Shown one piece after another: positions 36,530-45,582 of a stretch of 64,000 nucleotides of DNA. Both the position numbers and the translations under genes were made by a program. Below the pieces are notes generated by a model. That model ran no database searches. It was not told where the DNA came from and was given only the letters and a program-made list of their open reading frames with translations. The stretch's first letter is position 1, and every line of letters begins with the position of its first letter. The stretch is taken from contig PBOA01000008.1 in NCBI GenBank assembly GCA_002723415.1, forward strand, positions 5,607 to 69,606. Direction: 5' to 3'. Source of the stretch: Chloroflexota bacterium (lineage in GTDB: Bacteria > Chloroflexota > Dehalococcoidia > Lucifugimonadales > GCA-002723415).

Positions 36530-38005
36530 ATGAGTAAATCTAATTTAACAGAATTAACAATTTCCAAAGCAAGAAAATTACTGGATAAACGAGAAATCAG
36601 TTCTGTTGAATTGACTAAAGCATTTTTAGATAAGATTGCTGAAACTGACAATTTTGTGAAATCTTTTATTACTGTTACTCCGGAATTAGCCTTGAAGCAA
36701 GCTGAAAAGGCAGATCTACTTATTAAAGAAAATAATATTCATGATTTAACAGGAATCCCTTTACAAATAAAAGACAATATTTGTACATCTGGAGTTAATA
36801 CTACATGTTCGTCAAAAATGTTAGAAAACTTTGTACCTCCATATAATGCAACAATTGTAGATAAATTATATGATTCAGCTGCAATTTTACTTGGAAAAGG
36901 GAATTTAGATGAGTTTGCAATGGGTTCATCTACAGAAAATTCGTATTTTTATCCTACAAAAAACCCCTGGGATTTAGATAGAGTCCCTGGAGGGAGTAGC
37001 GGAGGGCCTGCAGCTTCTGTAAGTTCGGACCAAGTAATAAGTTCTATAGGGTCTGATACCGGGGGTAGCATAAGACAACCAGCATCTTTATGTGGTGTTG
37101 TAGGCCTTAAGCCAACATATGGTTTAGTTAGCAGGTATGGCTTGATAGCTTTTGCTAGTTCATTAGATCAAATTGGCCCAATTACTAAAGATGTTACTGA
37201 TTCAGCTTTGTTATTAAATGCTATATCTGGATATGATTCTAAAGATGCTACATCAATAAATTTTCAAACTCCAGATTATTGTAATTATTTAAAAGAAGAT
37301 TTATCTGGTATTAAAATTGCAATTCCTGAAGATTATTTTGGAGATGATATTGATAGTGGCGTTAAAAAAGTTGTTTATGAAGCAATTGAAGTTTTAAAAA
37401 AACTTGGTGCATCAATAGAAGAGATTTCTTTATCAGTAATGCAACAATTCGCTTTAGCAGTATATTATATTATTGCACCATCAGAGGCTTCAGCAAATTT
37501 ATCTAGATATGATGGAGTAAAGTATGGCTTTTCTGACAGGTTGAATTCTGGAGATTTGATGGAAACATTATATAAAACTCGTCAAAATGGATTTGGTCCT
37601 GAAGTAAAAAGAAGAATAATGTTAGGTACGTATGCACTTTCTTCCGGTTATTATGATGCATATTATTTAAAAGCACAGCAAGCAAAAAAAATGATTAAAT
37701 CTGAATATGAAGATACTTTTAAAAAATATGATGCCATAATAACTCCTACGTCCCCTACTGTGGCTTTCAAAATTGGTGAGAAATTTTCTAATCCGGTTCA
37801 GATGTATTTAAGTGATATATTAACAATTCCAGTTAATATAGCGGGTATTCCAGCTATATCTATTCCTTCGGGGTTTATAAATGGATTACCTGTAGGAATG
37901 CAAATTATTGCTCCAAGGTTGCGAGAAGATACTATTTTTCATATTGCTTATTCATATGAAAAAGCAACAAATTGGAGTAAATTCAAACCAAATTTTAATA
38001 CCTAA
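36530..38005 (+). CDS. gatA: Asp-tRNA(Asn)/Glu-tRNA(Gln) amidotransferase subunit A
   Basis: Amidase signature GGSSGGPAA...GSDTGGSIRQPA and KDNICT. 491 aa. Confidence 0.95.
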   Translation: MSKSNLTELTISKARKLLDKREISSVELTKAFLDKIAETDNFVKSFITVTPELALKQAEKADLLIKENNIHDLTGIPLQIKDNICTSGVNTTCSSKMLENFVPPYNATIVDKLYDSAAILLGKGNLDEFAMGSSTENSYFYPTKNPWDLDRVPGGSSGGPAASVSSDQVISSIGSDTGGSIRQPASLCGVVGLKPTYGLVSRYGLIAFASSLDQIGPITKDVTDSALLLNAISGYDSKDATSINFQTPDYCNYLKEDLSGIKIAIPEDYFGDDIDSGVKKVVYEAIEVLKKLGASIEEISLSVMQQFALAVYYIIAPSEASANLSRYDGVKYGFSDRLNSGDLMETLYKTRQNGFGPEVKRRIMLGTYALSSGYYDAYYLKAQQAKKMIKSEYEDTFKKYDAIITPTSPTVAFKIGEKFSNPVQMYLSDILTIPVNIAGIPAISIPSGFINGLPVGMQIIAPRLREDTIFHIAYSYEKATNWSKFKPNFNT

Positions 38006-38131
38006 AAATCTAATTATTGTTATTTTTGAGATTGGTTTTGAAATTTATAAAATAAAGATTAAATTACCGCGAATAAGTAATGTTTTTAAAATTAATCATC
38101 TCATTAGGATTGATGTTTAGATATTATATTT

Positions 38132-38563
38132 TCACTTTTTATTAACTATAATTGTTGATTTGCCAATAACTAATTTAACTTCATTCTCATCTTGCAAAAA
38201 AACATCACATTCAAGTTGATCTAAACCATCTTCAGTAAATTTGTCAGTAAAAATTCCTACTAATTTTAATCTAGTATTATGAGGTACCATATGTCTAAAT
38301 ATAACATCTAAAGTTTTTATTTTTAGATTTGGTGCCCAATTACTTATAAATTGAGCCATAACAGCAGTTGTTAGCGCTCCTGGGACTATGGGGCCACTTA
38401 ATCCTTCACTTTTAGCAAATTCAGAATCAGTAAACCTACTAGGCTCTATTTTTGATTCTAGTATTTTTACAAATTCAAATACTTGTTCAGTAGTTATGAC
38501 TTTGTTTGATGGTCCAATTTCGTCACCTAAATCTATATCGTCAAAAGTAATATTTTTATCCAA
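38132..38563 (-). CDS. MaoC-like hotdog-fold protein (acyl dehydratase family)
   Basis: 143 aa with hotdog pattern ...FAKSEGLSGPIVPGAL.... The canonical D-x-N-P-x-H hydratase motif is not evident (reads SKIEPSRF). Confidence 0.6.
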   Translation of the reverse strand: MDKNITFDDIDLGDEIGPSNKVITTEQVFEFVKILESKIEPSRFTDSEFAKSEGLSGPIVPGALTTAVMAQFISNWAPNLKIKTLDVIFRHMVPHNTRLKLVGIFTDKFTEDGLDQLECDVFLQDENEVKLVIGKSTIIVNKK

Positions 38564-38565
38564 TT

Positions 38566-39027
38566 TTAACTCCTCTTTCTATGCACGAAGGATTCACGTA
38601 CAAGCGTTGTTGTTAAGCCTTCTTGATTAGCAAATTTTGTTTCCCAAACTTCAAAGATCATTTTTCCTGACCGACCGGTTTTTGCAAATACTTCTTTCAA
38701 TCTAGTATTTACAGTTAATTTGTCACCGGGTTTAATAGGATTAACATTGTCAAGAGCTTGTCCTGCAAAGAAAGTCCCATCTCCAAATTCAATTTTTATA
38801 TCAGGCCTAGTTACTTTAGACATGAAAATATTACATAAAGTTGGCGGCGCAATGATTCCTCGGTGTTCAGAATTATTTGCATATTCTTCATCTGTAAATA
38901 ACGGATTGGTTTCTTCAGTCGACTTACAAAAACTATCTATCATTTCTTTTGTTATATTAAATTCACCGATATAAGATTCTTTGTTTAGCAGGCTTTTGTC
39001 ATATTTGATTTCTTCTTCTGTAGACAT
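38566..39027 (-). CDS. MaoC N-terminal-type (FAS1 dehydratase-like) hotdog-fold protein
   Basis: EETNPLFTDEEYA...GIIAPPTL resembles the MaoC_dehydrat_N pattern (NP-x-[YF]-x-D ... IAPPT). A 2-nt gap to the next hotdog gene suggests a heteromeric pair. Confidence 0.6.
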   Translation of the reverse strand: MSTEEEIKYDKSLLNKESYIGEFNITKEMIDSFCKSTEETNPLFTDEEYANNSEHRGIIAPPTLCNIFMSKVTRPDIKIEFGDGTFFAGQALDNVNPIKPGDKLTVNTRLKEVFAKTGRSGKMIFEVWETKFANQEGLTTTLVRESFVHRKRS

Positions 39028-39055
39028 TTTACTCCCTTGGTTTTTCAGTGTTTAT

Positions 39056-39697
39056 TTATTTTGTATCCTCAAGTTTAATTGGTTTGAATTTTTTGGTCAT
39101 TAATGCTTGTACTAACTCTTTTTCATTATTTACAGGATGATCAAATTTAGTTAAACAAGTACCAATTGCACTAACCATATGAGCATCGCTGCCACCTATA
39201 CCTAGATAACCTTTATCTGAAATTAATTTTTCTGTGCGGTCTTGTTCTCCGGGTCTATAACTTCCATTAAGATGTTCGACTATATTAATGGATTCAAAAT
39301 TATTACTATTAACATATTCTATGAATCCTATTCCAAATCTTCCAGGGTGAGCAGGAATAGCTATAGCCCCATTATTTAAACATACATCTATTAAGTGAAT
39401 TGCGCTCATATTAACATTATTAAATTTGATGTGTTTTGCTATTTCTTTTGTGATTCCATATACAAGAAAATGTCCAGAATCTGTATCTAGTTCAGCACCT
39501 TTTAATATAGTTATATTATTATCTTTAGATATTTGAGTGTAATCTATATCAAAATTAAACTGCCGATGCTCAGTTAATACAAATCCGTCTATATTATATC
39601 CTTTGCGTCTTAAAACATTTATCCATTTTACGTATTGTTCTACAGAAGCTCTAGAATCATCTGACAGTGTTGAATGAGTATGTAGGTCAAGAATCAT
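39056..39697 (-). CDS. PHP-domain metal-dependent phosphoesterase (paralogue of 22611-23249)
   Basis: ILDLHTHSTLSDDS, LTEHRQ, AHPGR and GGSDAHM. Same length and domain order as the other PHP protein. Confidence 0.7.
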   Translation of the reverse strand: MILDLHTHSTLSDDSRASVEQYVKWINVLRRKGYNIDGFVLTEHRQFNFDIDYTQISKDNNITILKGAELDTDSGHFLVYGITKEIAKHIKFNNVNMSAIHLIDVCLNNGAIAIPAHPGRFGIGFIEYVNSNNFESINIVEHLNGSYRPGEQDRTEKLISDKGYLGIGGSDAHMVSAIGTCLTKFDHPVNNEKELVQALMTKKFKPIKLEDTK

Positions 39698-39735
39698 TTT
39701 TTTATATTAGTCTAGTTTGGTAAGTACAGTCAATG

Positions 39736-40737
39736 TTAATTTAATTTTGATCTAAGTAAATCATTATTTAAAACTTCAGTATTAATAATATTGTCAGGCT
39801 TTTCTCCAATTAATACTTGTCCAACATATTGGGAAGCTCTTTTTTCAAGTTCAAGTACGGCTTCTTGTGAAAAAAAAGCAGTGTGAGGAGTTATGATGGT
39901 CTTAGAGTGTTGAATTAATCTATGATTTAAGTTGGGGTTAATATCAACCAATACATCTAATCCTGCACCTGCAATTTTATTTGTTTCTAAAGCTTCATAT
40001 AAAGCGTCTTCATTTATTAATCCTCCTCTTGCACAATTAATTAAAAATGCGTCCTCTCTCATTTGATTAAATTGGTCATAATTAATCATTTCAGATGTTT
40101 TTTCAATAAGTGGAGAGTGCAATGAGATAAAATGGCTTTCGGAAAGCAATTTGTCTAAGGTAACTTTTGTCGCATCAAAGTTGTTCATAGAATTTTTATC
40201 AACATTTGGGTCAAAAGCTAAAATATCCAATCCAAATGCTCTAGCTTTTTGTGCTACAGATTTTCCAATTCTTCCAAATCCCACAATTCCTAATTTTTTA
40301 CCTTTAAGTCTCATTATTCGCATATTTAAACCAGCTGTGCCCCATCCATTATTTTTAGTATCTTCATTATGTAATATAATTCTCCTATTCCAGCTTAACA
40401 TTAGTGCTATTACATGATCAGCTACTTCTTCTACACAATAGTCTGGAACATAAGTTACAATTATTCCTTGCTTAGTTGCTTCTACAACATCAATATTATC
40501 AACCCCAACTCCATATCTACCAATTACTTTGCAATTTTTTGCTGCTTGAACAACTTTTTTAGTTACTTTAGCAAAGCAAGTTAATATTCCATCTACATTC
40601 TTTGCCATTTTTATCAAAGTTTCTTCGTTGCTATTAGGAGCTACTATTATTTCTACATTATATTTTGATAATATTTCTTTTTCTGGATCTATAGAAGGCC
40701 ATACATAATCGGTTATAAGTACAGTTTTTGAGCCCAT
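39736..40737 (-). CDS. D-isomer-specific 2-hydroxyacid dehydrogenase family protein (CtBP/PGDH-like)
   Basis: NAD motif LGIVGFGRIGKSVA, catalytic context CARGGLIxE and TPHTAF. Confidence 0.85.
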   Translation of the reverse strand: MGSKTVLITDYVWPSIDPEKEILSKYNVEIIVAPNSNEETLIKMAKNVDGILTCFAKVTKKVVQAAKNCKVIGRYGVGVDNIDVVEATKQGIIVTYVPDYCVEEVADHVIALMLSWNRRIILHNEDTKNNGWGTAGLNMRIMRLKGKKLGIVGFGRIGKSVAQKARAFGLDILAFDPNVDKNSMNNFDATKVTLDKLLSESHFISLHSPLIEKTSEMINYDQFNQMREDAFLINCARGGLINEDALYEALETNKIAGAGLDVLVDINPNLNHRLIQHSKTIITPHTAFFSQEAVLELEKRASQYVGQVLIGEKPDNIINTEVLNNDLLRSKLN

Positions 40738-40756
40738 ATTTTCTCCTTATATAATA

Positions 40757-42370
40757 TTAATTTTTCATTGGTGAGAATTGACATCCATCTACAAATAAGT
40801 CAAAAAAGTCTTCAGTTGTTTCCAGTTCAATATGTTCTATATTTTTGCATATTTCTTCAGATTCATATCGGATTTTTGAAGAAAGGAGCATTTTTGTTGC
40901 TCCCTCTATGGATGTATTACCAACTTGATGAATTTTATTTTGGTCTATGTTTAATATAAAGCCTATCTCGATAGCATTATTTATATTTATATAATTTCCA
41001 AAACCACCTGCAATATAAACATTGGAGATTTTTTCAGTAGGAATACCGTATTTTCGTAGGACTATTTTTTGTCCACAATAATTTGCTGCTTTAGCTTGAG
41101 CTAAAGAACTTATATCTTTTCTAGATATAGTGATATTATTTTTTGAATCAATGATAAATTCATTTTGCTGGTTTTCTAATACTCCTAAATGGTTCATTCT
41201 AGAAGTTAGTTTAAGTTGAGCTAATATATCAATTAAGCCAGATCCACATATGCCTATAGGGTTTTTGTTGCCAATAGTTTGAAATTCTAATTGATTATTC
41301 TTAAATTCAATCTTTTCAATTGCACCATTATATGCGGGCATTCCATATTTGATTTCGCCTCCTTCAAATGCAGGACCAGCAGGGCAAGATGCGGCAAGTA
41401 ATTTATTTTTATTTCCTAATACAACTTCGGTATTTGTTCCTACATCTATCAGCATAGATATTTCTTCATTGTAAGGTATTTCTGTAGTAATTAAATCTGC
41501 TGCTACATCTGACCCGACATGTGAACCAATTAAAGGTCCTCCATAAATATTTGCTTCAGGGAAAATACGTATATCTAAATATTTTGCTTTGGAATTTATA
41601 GCAGTAGATTTCCTTTTACCGTTTTCATATTCAGATTCTATTATAGATTTATATGGCTTCTCTCCAATACTACTTACATCTATTCCAAAAAATATATCTC
41701 TCATAGTTGAATTTCCTACTACAACTATTTCATATATTAGTCGTCTGTGAATTTTTAATTTTCTAGAAATTTGTCCAATTTCAAAGTTTATAGAAGATAG
41801 TAATACTTTTTTTAATTCCCCTTTAAAATGAGTAGAGTCGTATGAAATTCTATTCATTATGTCACTTCCGCCAAATTTCTGGGGATTTTCAAATGAGGAA
41901 ATGTATACTATTTCTCCATTTTCGAGATTTACTAAGTTCATAACTATAGTTGTAGTTCCAATATCTATAGATAAACCATAGATAGCTCCACGATATTCAT
42001 CTATTACTTTACCGTTAAATTCAACATTATTTTCTTTTTGTTTAGTTAAAGGATTAATTTTAAATTTTGTCTGGATTGATTTAGTCAGTATTTTTGGTTC
42101 TCTGCGTAAAACAGAAAATTCTACATCATCTTTTAAATTATTGATTTTTGCCTGACATGCTAACCTAAAATTATCGGTAAGAAAACTTTCTGATTCTGTT
42201 GGTTTATTTAATGAATTAATTCCATTTTTAATTTCTATAATACATTCATGGCATTTGCCATTTCTTCCACATGAAGTTGGCACTCTTACATTTAGAATAT
42301 CAGCATATTGAAAAAGAGTTTTTTCTTTAATTGATTTTGATCTTTTAGAACCAAAAATAATAGATGACAT
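40757..42370 (-). CDS. Corrinoid reductive activase (RACE/RamA-functional analogue): N-terminal [2Fe-2S] ferredoxin + ASKHA ATPase (DUF4445)
   Basis: Plant-type ferredoxin cysteines SCGRNGKCHEC...LACQ. ASKHA phosphate motifs DIGTTTIV and DVGTNTEV, plus CGSGLID. Confidence 0.85.
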   Translation of the reverse strand: MSSIIFGSKRSKSIKEKTLFQYADILNVRVPTSCGRNGKCHECIIEIKNGINSLNKPTESESFLTDNFRLACQAKINNLKDDVEFSVLRREPKILTKSIQTKFKINPLTKQKENNVEFNGKVIDEYRGAIYGLSIDIGTTTIVMNLVNLENGEIVYISSFENPQKFGGSDIMNRISYDSTHFKGELKKVLLSSINFEIGQISRKLKIHRRLIYEIVVVGNSTMRDIFFGIDVSSIGEKPYKSIIESEYENGKRKSTAINSKAKYLDIRIFPEANIYGGPLIGSHVGSDVAADLITTEIPYNEEISMLIDVGTNTEVVLGNKNKLLAASCPAGPAFEGGEIKYGMPAYNGAIEKIEFKNNQLEFQTIGNKNPIGICGSGLIDILAQLKLTSRMNHLGVLENQQNEFIIDSKNNITISRKDISSLAQAKAANYCGQKIVLRKYGIPTEKISNVYIAGGFGNYININNAIEIGFILNIDQNKIHQVGNTSIEGATKMLLSSKIRYESEEICKNIEHIELETTEDFFDLFVDGCQFSPMKN

Positions 42371-42434
42371 ATGAAGTCCTGGTGAATTTATAAATTATTT
42401 TTTAAATTAGAGTTTATATTTAGCTGAGAAAATT

Positions 42435-42702
42435 TTAGATTTCCCAAGCATTTCTATAGTCTAGATTATCACTACCAACGCAAAGAATGTTTGTTTTTTC
42501 TTTTTTCCTCAATTGATTTCGACAGCCAAAATTTGCTGTGCAAAAATTTTTAGCATTTTTATAAGGACATCGCCATTTGGAAACCTCAGAAACTGTTTCA
42601 GAAATAGATTTATAAACTAATTCTAATTTCTTGATACTTTCTTTATATTTTTCTTTATTGATATATTGAGAATTAATACTTTTTGGAATGATACTTGCTC
42701 AC
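42435..42702 (-). pseudogene. Interrupted small Cys-rich ORF (or unannotated small CDS with non-canonical start)
   Basis: My hand translation gives an 87-codon open frame (42698 down to stop 42437-42435): ASIIPKSINSQYINKEKYKESIKKLELVYKSISETVSEVSKWRCPYKNAKNFCTANFGCRNQLRKKEKTNILCVGSDNLDYRNAWEI. It has no ATG/GTG/TTG near its 5' end. A GTG at 42702-42700, 6 nt after the corrinoid-protein stop, opens a 9-codon frame that would join it if the A5 run (42680-42684) were A4. Confidence 0.3.
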
Positions 42703-42708
42703 TTTAAT

Positions 42709-43437
42709 TTATTTATTTGCCAATTCTTTAGCTAATTCTACACAATCAATTGCGTCCTTACCATATCCGTCTGCTCCCATATCGTCAGCAAATTCTTGAG
42801 TAACAGGAGCTCCTCCAACCATTATACTAACTTTTTCTCGTAAGCCTTCATCTTCAAAAGCTTCAATAACTCTACCCATATTTGGCATTGTAGTTGTAAG
42901 TAATGCAGACATACCAAGTATTTTTGCGTCATGTTTTTGTATAGCATCTATAAATTCAATTTCTTTAACATCGACTCCCAAATCATGAACTACAAAGCCT
43001 GCTCCTCTAAGCATCATGATACATAAATTTTTTCCTATATCGTGTAAATCTCCTTTTACAGTACCCATAATCACAGTACCTATAGGAGGAATATCGGATT
43101 CTGACAAGATTGGTTCTATATGAGCCATTCCTGCTTTCATAGCTCTTGCAGATATTAATACTTCAGGTACGAAAATAATATTGTCTCGAAATTTAATACC
43201 TACTATTGCCATGCCTGCAATTAACCCATCATCCATAATTGTATTTGCTGAGTAACCATTATCAAGAGAATCTTTAGTTAATTCATCTACTTTTTGGTTA
43301 TTTCCTGTAATTAATGCATATGCAATTTCTTGCATTAGGGGATCAGTTTTTTCATAAATCTCTTGTATATGTTTTAGTTCAGAAGGATTAGCTATATGTT
43401 TCATTTCTTCTAAAATACCTTCATTGACTATAGGCAT
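42709..43437 (-). CDS. Cobalamin-binding corrinoid protein (B12-binding cap + Rossmann domain, MetH module 3 / MtaC-like)
   Basis: D-x-H-x-x-G (GDLHDIGKN), MSALLTTTMP, VGGAPV and an N-terminal helical cap. 242 aa. Confidence 0.9.
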   Translation of the reverse strand: MPIVNEGILEEMKHIANPSELKHIQEIYEKTDPLMQEIAYALITGNNQKVDELTKDSLDNGYSANTIMDDGLIAGMAIVGIKFRDNIIFVPEVLISARAMKAGMAHIEPILSESDIPPIGTVIMGTVKGDLHDIGKNLCIMMLRGAGFVVHDLGVDVKEIEFIDAIQKHDAKILGMSALLTTTMPNMGRVIEAFEDEGLREKVSIMVGGAPVTQEFADDMGADGYGKDAIDCVELAKELANK

Positions 43438-43513
43438 ATTTTATTCTCCATAAGTGATTCTTAATTATTGTTATTACAACTATATTATACCTCTGTAAGA
43501 ATTAAATAGTAAC

Positions 43514-44539
43514 CTAATTCAGTTCTCCATCCCGGTAAGCTTTTAAATAATTCATGCAAAATTCATCTTTACCAGTTAACATGTTTATAGCTAATATAAA
43601 TTTTTTTGAATTAATGTCTATATCTTGTATTTCATTCAATTTAATTTGTATAGGATCTAGCAGTCCTGCGTTGATACCTGATTCTAGGCCTAAATAAATG
43701 AAAGCTTGATTAATTAGTTTTCTCATAGGCATACCAAATGATACATTACTTAATCCCATACCAATATATAATTCTTTTCCATATTGTTTTCTTATTTCTT
43801 TTACAGCATCAAAATAATGGTTTCCATATTGTGAATTTACTGATATAGGAAAAATAATTGCATCTAAGAAAATATCTTTTAAACTAAATCCTAAAGAAGT
43901 AGCTTTATCAATTATTTTTGCTGAGTTATCAATACGGTCTTTTGAGTCTTCAGGCATTCCAGATTCATTAGTAGCCATAGCAATTATTTTAGTTTTATAT
44001 TCCATTGCCATATCAAATACTTCAGGTCTTTCAAATGCAACAGAGTTAATTATTGGTTGCAGTTTTGAATTGGTGCAAGCTTTTAATCCTGATTCAATGA
44101 TCTCTGAATTTGAAGAATCTATACTTATAGGAACTGACGAATATTTTTGAATTATTTTTACAGCTTTATTCATGCAATCTTTTTGAATATTTAAATCATA
44201 ATGAACTTCATCCACATTTATATCAATATAATTTGCTCCTGATTTGATTTGCTTTTCAACTTCTGTTTTTATGTATTTTTCACCTTCAAGTCTAATATTG
44301 GGGTCATTGTCTCTTAGGTTTGTGATTGCAATCATAAAATGTTTGATTTGTCCTTGAGAGTAAGGTTGTGTATTTTTAAACCATTGAGGTATTTGCATTA
44401 ATTGGGTGTTTTTAAAATTATCTATATAATTTATATATTGACCTCCATCTTCAGTATTTGTAATTCTTTTTCCGGTTAATTTTAAAGACCTTGTCGCATG
44501 AATATTTTCTCCAACTACAATAAAATTGTTATTAGCCAT
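43514..44539 (-). CDS. Methyltetrahydrofolate:corrinoid methyltransferase (pterin-binding TIM barrel, MeTr/AcsE/MetH-module-2-like)
   Basis: VVGENIHATRS near the N-terminus and GMGLSNVSFGMP, the hallmark of pterin-binding methyltransferases. Its start overlaps the upstream gene by 8 nt. Confidence 0.8.
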   Translation of the reverse strand: MANNNFIVVGENIHATRSLKLTGKRITNTEDGGQYINYIDNFKNTQLMQIPQWFKNTQPYSQGQIKHFMIAITNLRDNDPNIRLEGEKYIKTEVEKQIKSGANYIDINVDEVHYDLNIQKDCMNKAVKIIQKYSSVPISIDSSNSEIIESGLKACTNSKLQPIINSVAFERPEVFDMAMEYKTKIIAMATNESGMPEDSKDRIDNSAKIIDKATSLGFSLKDIFLDAIIFPISVNSQYGNHYFDAVKEIRKQYGKELYIGMGLSNVSFGMPMRKLINQAFIYLGLESGINAGLLDPIQIKLNEIQDIDINSKKFILAINMLTGKDEFCMNYLKAYRDGELN

Positions 44540-45563
44540 TATTTCGTATTGTCCATTCTTTTACTGTTTTAGGTATTTCTAATAAATTTTCTAATTTAGT
44601 AGCTAGTGGTATTGCGCATTCGGGTGCAATTAATTGCACCCCAGCTTCAAGGCATTTTTCAACTTCAATTTTTACATCTTCAGTGTTTTTGCTATATAAG
44701 GTTACAGGGTTATTTATGTTGCCAACTAATTTAATCCTATTATTGGCAATTTCCATAGCTTTTAATGGATCGTTCCTTGAATCAAAATGAAAGGCAGCCA
44801 TATTGTTTTCAGATATATAATCTAGTCTATCTAGTGTGTGTCCACAAATGTGAAGTATTAGTGGAACGTTTAATTCTTCAGCAGCTTCTTGATGTATCTC
44901 AAGAAGGAATTTTTTATAATATTCTCCGCTAACCAAATCTCCAGTAGCATGATCAGGGTATGTAAGTATATCAGCCCCTGCATCTATTTGAGCTTGGCCA
45001 AATAAATTAGAAATTTCTTTTAGTTTTATTAGGCATTCCATAGTCATTTTGGGGTCATCTATGGACAAGAGTAAAAATGTTTCTACTCCAAATACATGAT
45101 AGGCTAAAGTCCATGGCCCCATTGTTTTTCCAATGATTGCTACTTCGTTACCAAATTGTCTCTTCAAAATTTTAATTGAATTTATAATGGCTAAATTATC
45201 AGGGTGATCTAAAAAATTCGGAGGTATTTGGATATCATTTATAGATTTCCATATTGGATTACTCATTCTAACTGTAGGCCAGTTATCTTTTTGCTCCCAT
45301 TGCATTTCACATCCAAGAGCAGAAGATTCTTGGATTATAGAAAAATATGGAGCTATTGAATCAAATCCAAGCTCTGTATATCCAGTAGCTGCCAATTGTG
45401 CATTTAATTCAGGATTTCTACAAGCATCTGGGAATGGTGCTCCTACTAAATCCATTAATTCTACAGTAGCAACACTGGTTGGGTTTGAAACAGGAGTTCT
45501 ATCAACAGGGAGTCCATTAAGAGCATTCATTACTCGCTCTTTAGATGTCATGTTTTTTTTCAT
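44532..45563 (-). CDS. MtaA/CmuA-type methyltransferase (URO-D family), zinc site conserved
   Basis: ERVMNALNGLPVDRTPV N-terminus. It lacks the HemE RQAGRY motif. It has LILHICGHT (H-x-C) and APECAIP (Cys) at the positions of the MtaA zinc ligands. Confidence 0.8.
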   Translation of the reverse strand: MKKNMTSKERVMNALNGLPVDRTPVSNPTSVATVELMDLVGAPFPDACRNPELNAQLAATGYTELGFDSIAPYFSIIQESSALGCEMQWEQKDNWPTVRMSNPIWKSINDIQIPPNFLDHPDNLAIINSIKILKRQFGNEVAIIGKTMGPWTLAYHVFGVETFLLLSIDDPKMTMECLIKLKEISNLFGQAQIDAGADILTYPDHATGDLVSGEYYKKFLLEIHQEAAEELNVPLILHICGHTLDRLDYISENNMAAFHFDSRNDPLKAMEIANNRIKLVGNINNPVTLYSKNTEDVKIEVEKCLEAGVQLIAPECAIPLATKLENLLEIPKTVKEWTIRNNG

Positions 45564-45582
45564 AATTATTATCTCCGGTTAT

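Noticed and set aside
44532-45563. Possible uroporphyrinogen decarboxylase HemE
   Set aside because: It lacks the HemE N-terminal RQAGRY-type motif. It has MtaA-like H-x-C...C zinc ligands and sits among corrinoid genes.
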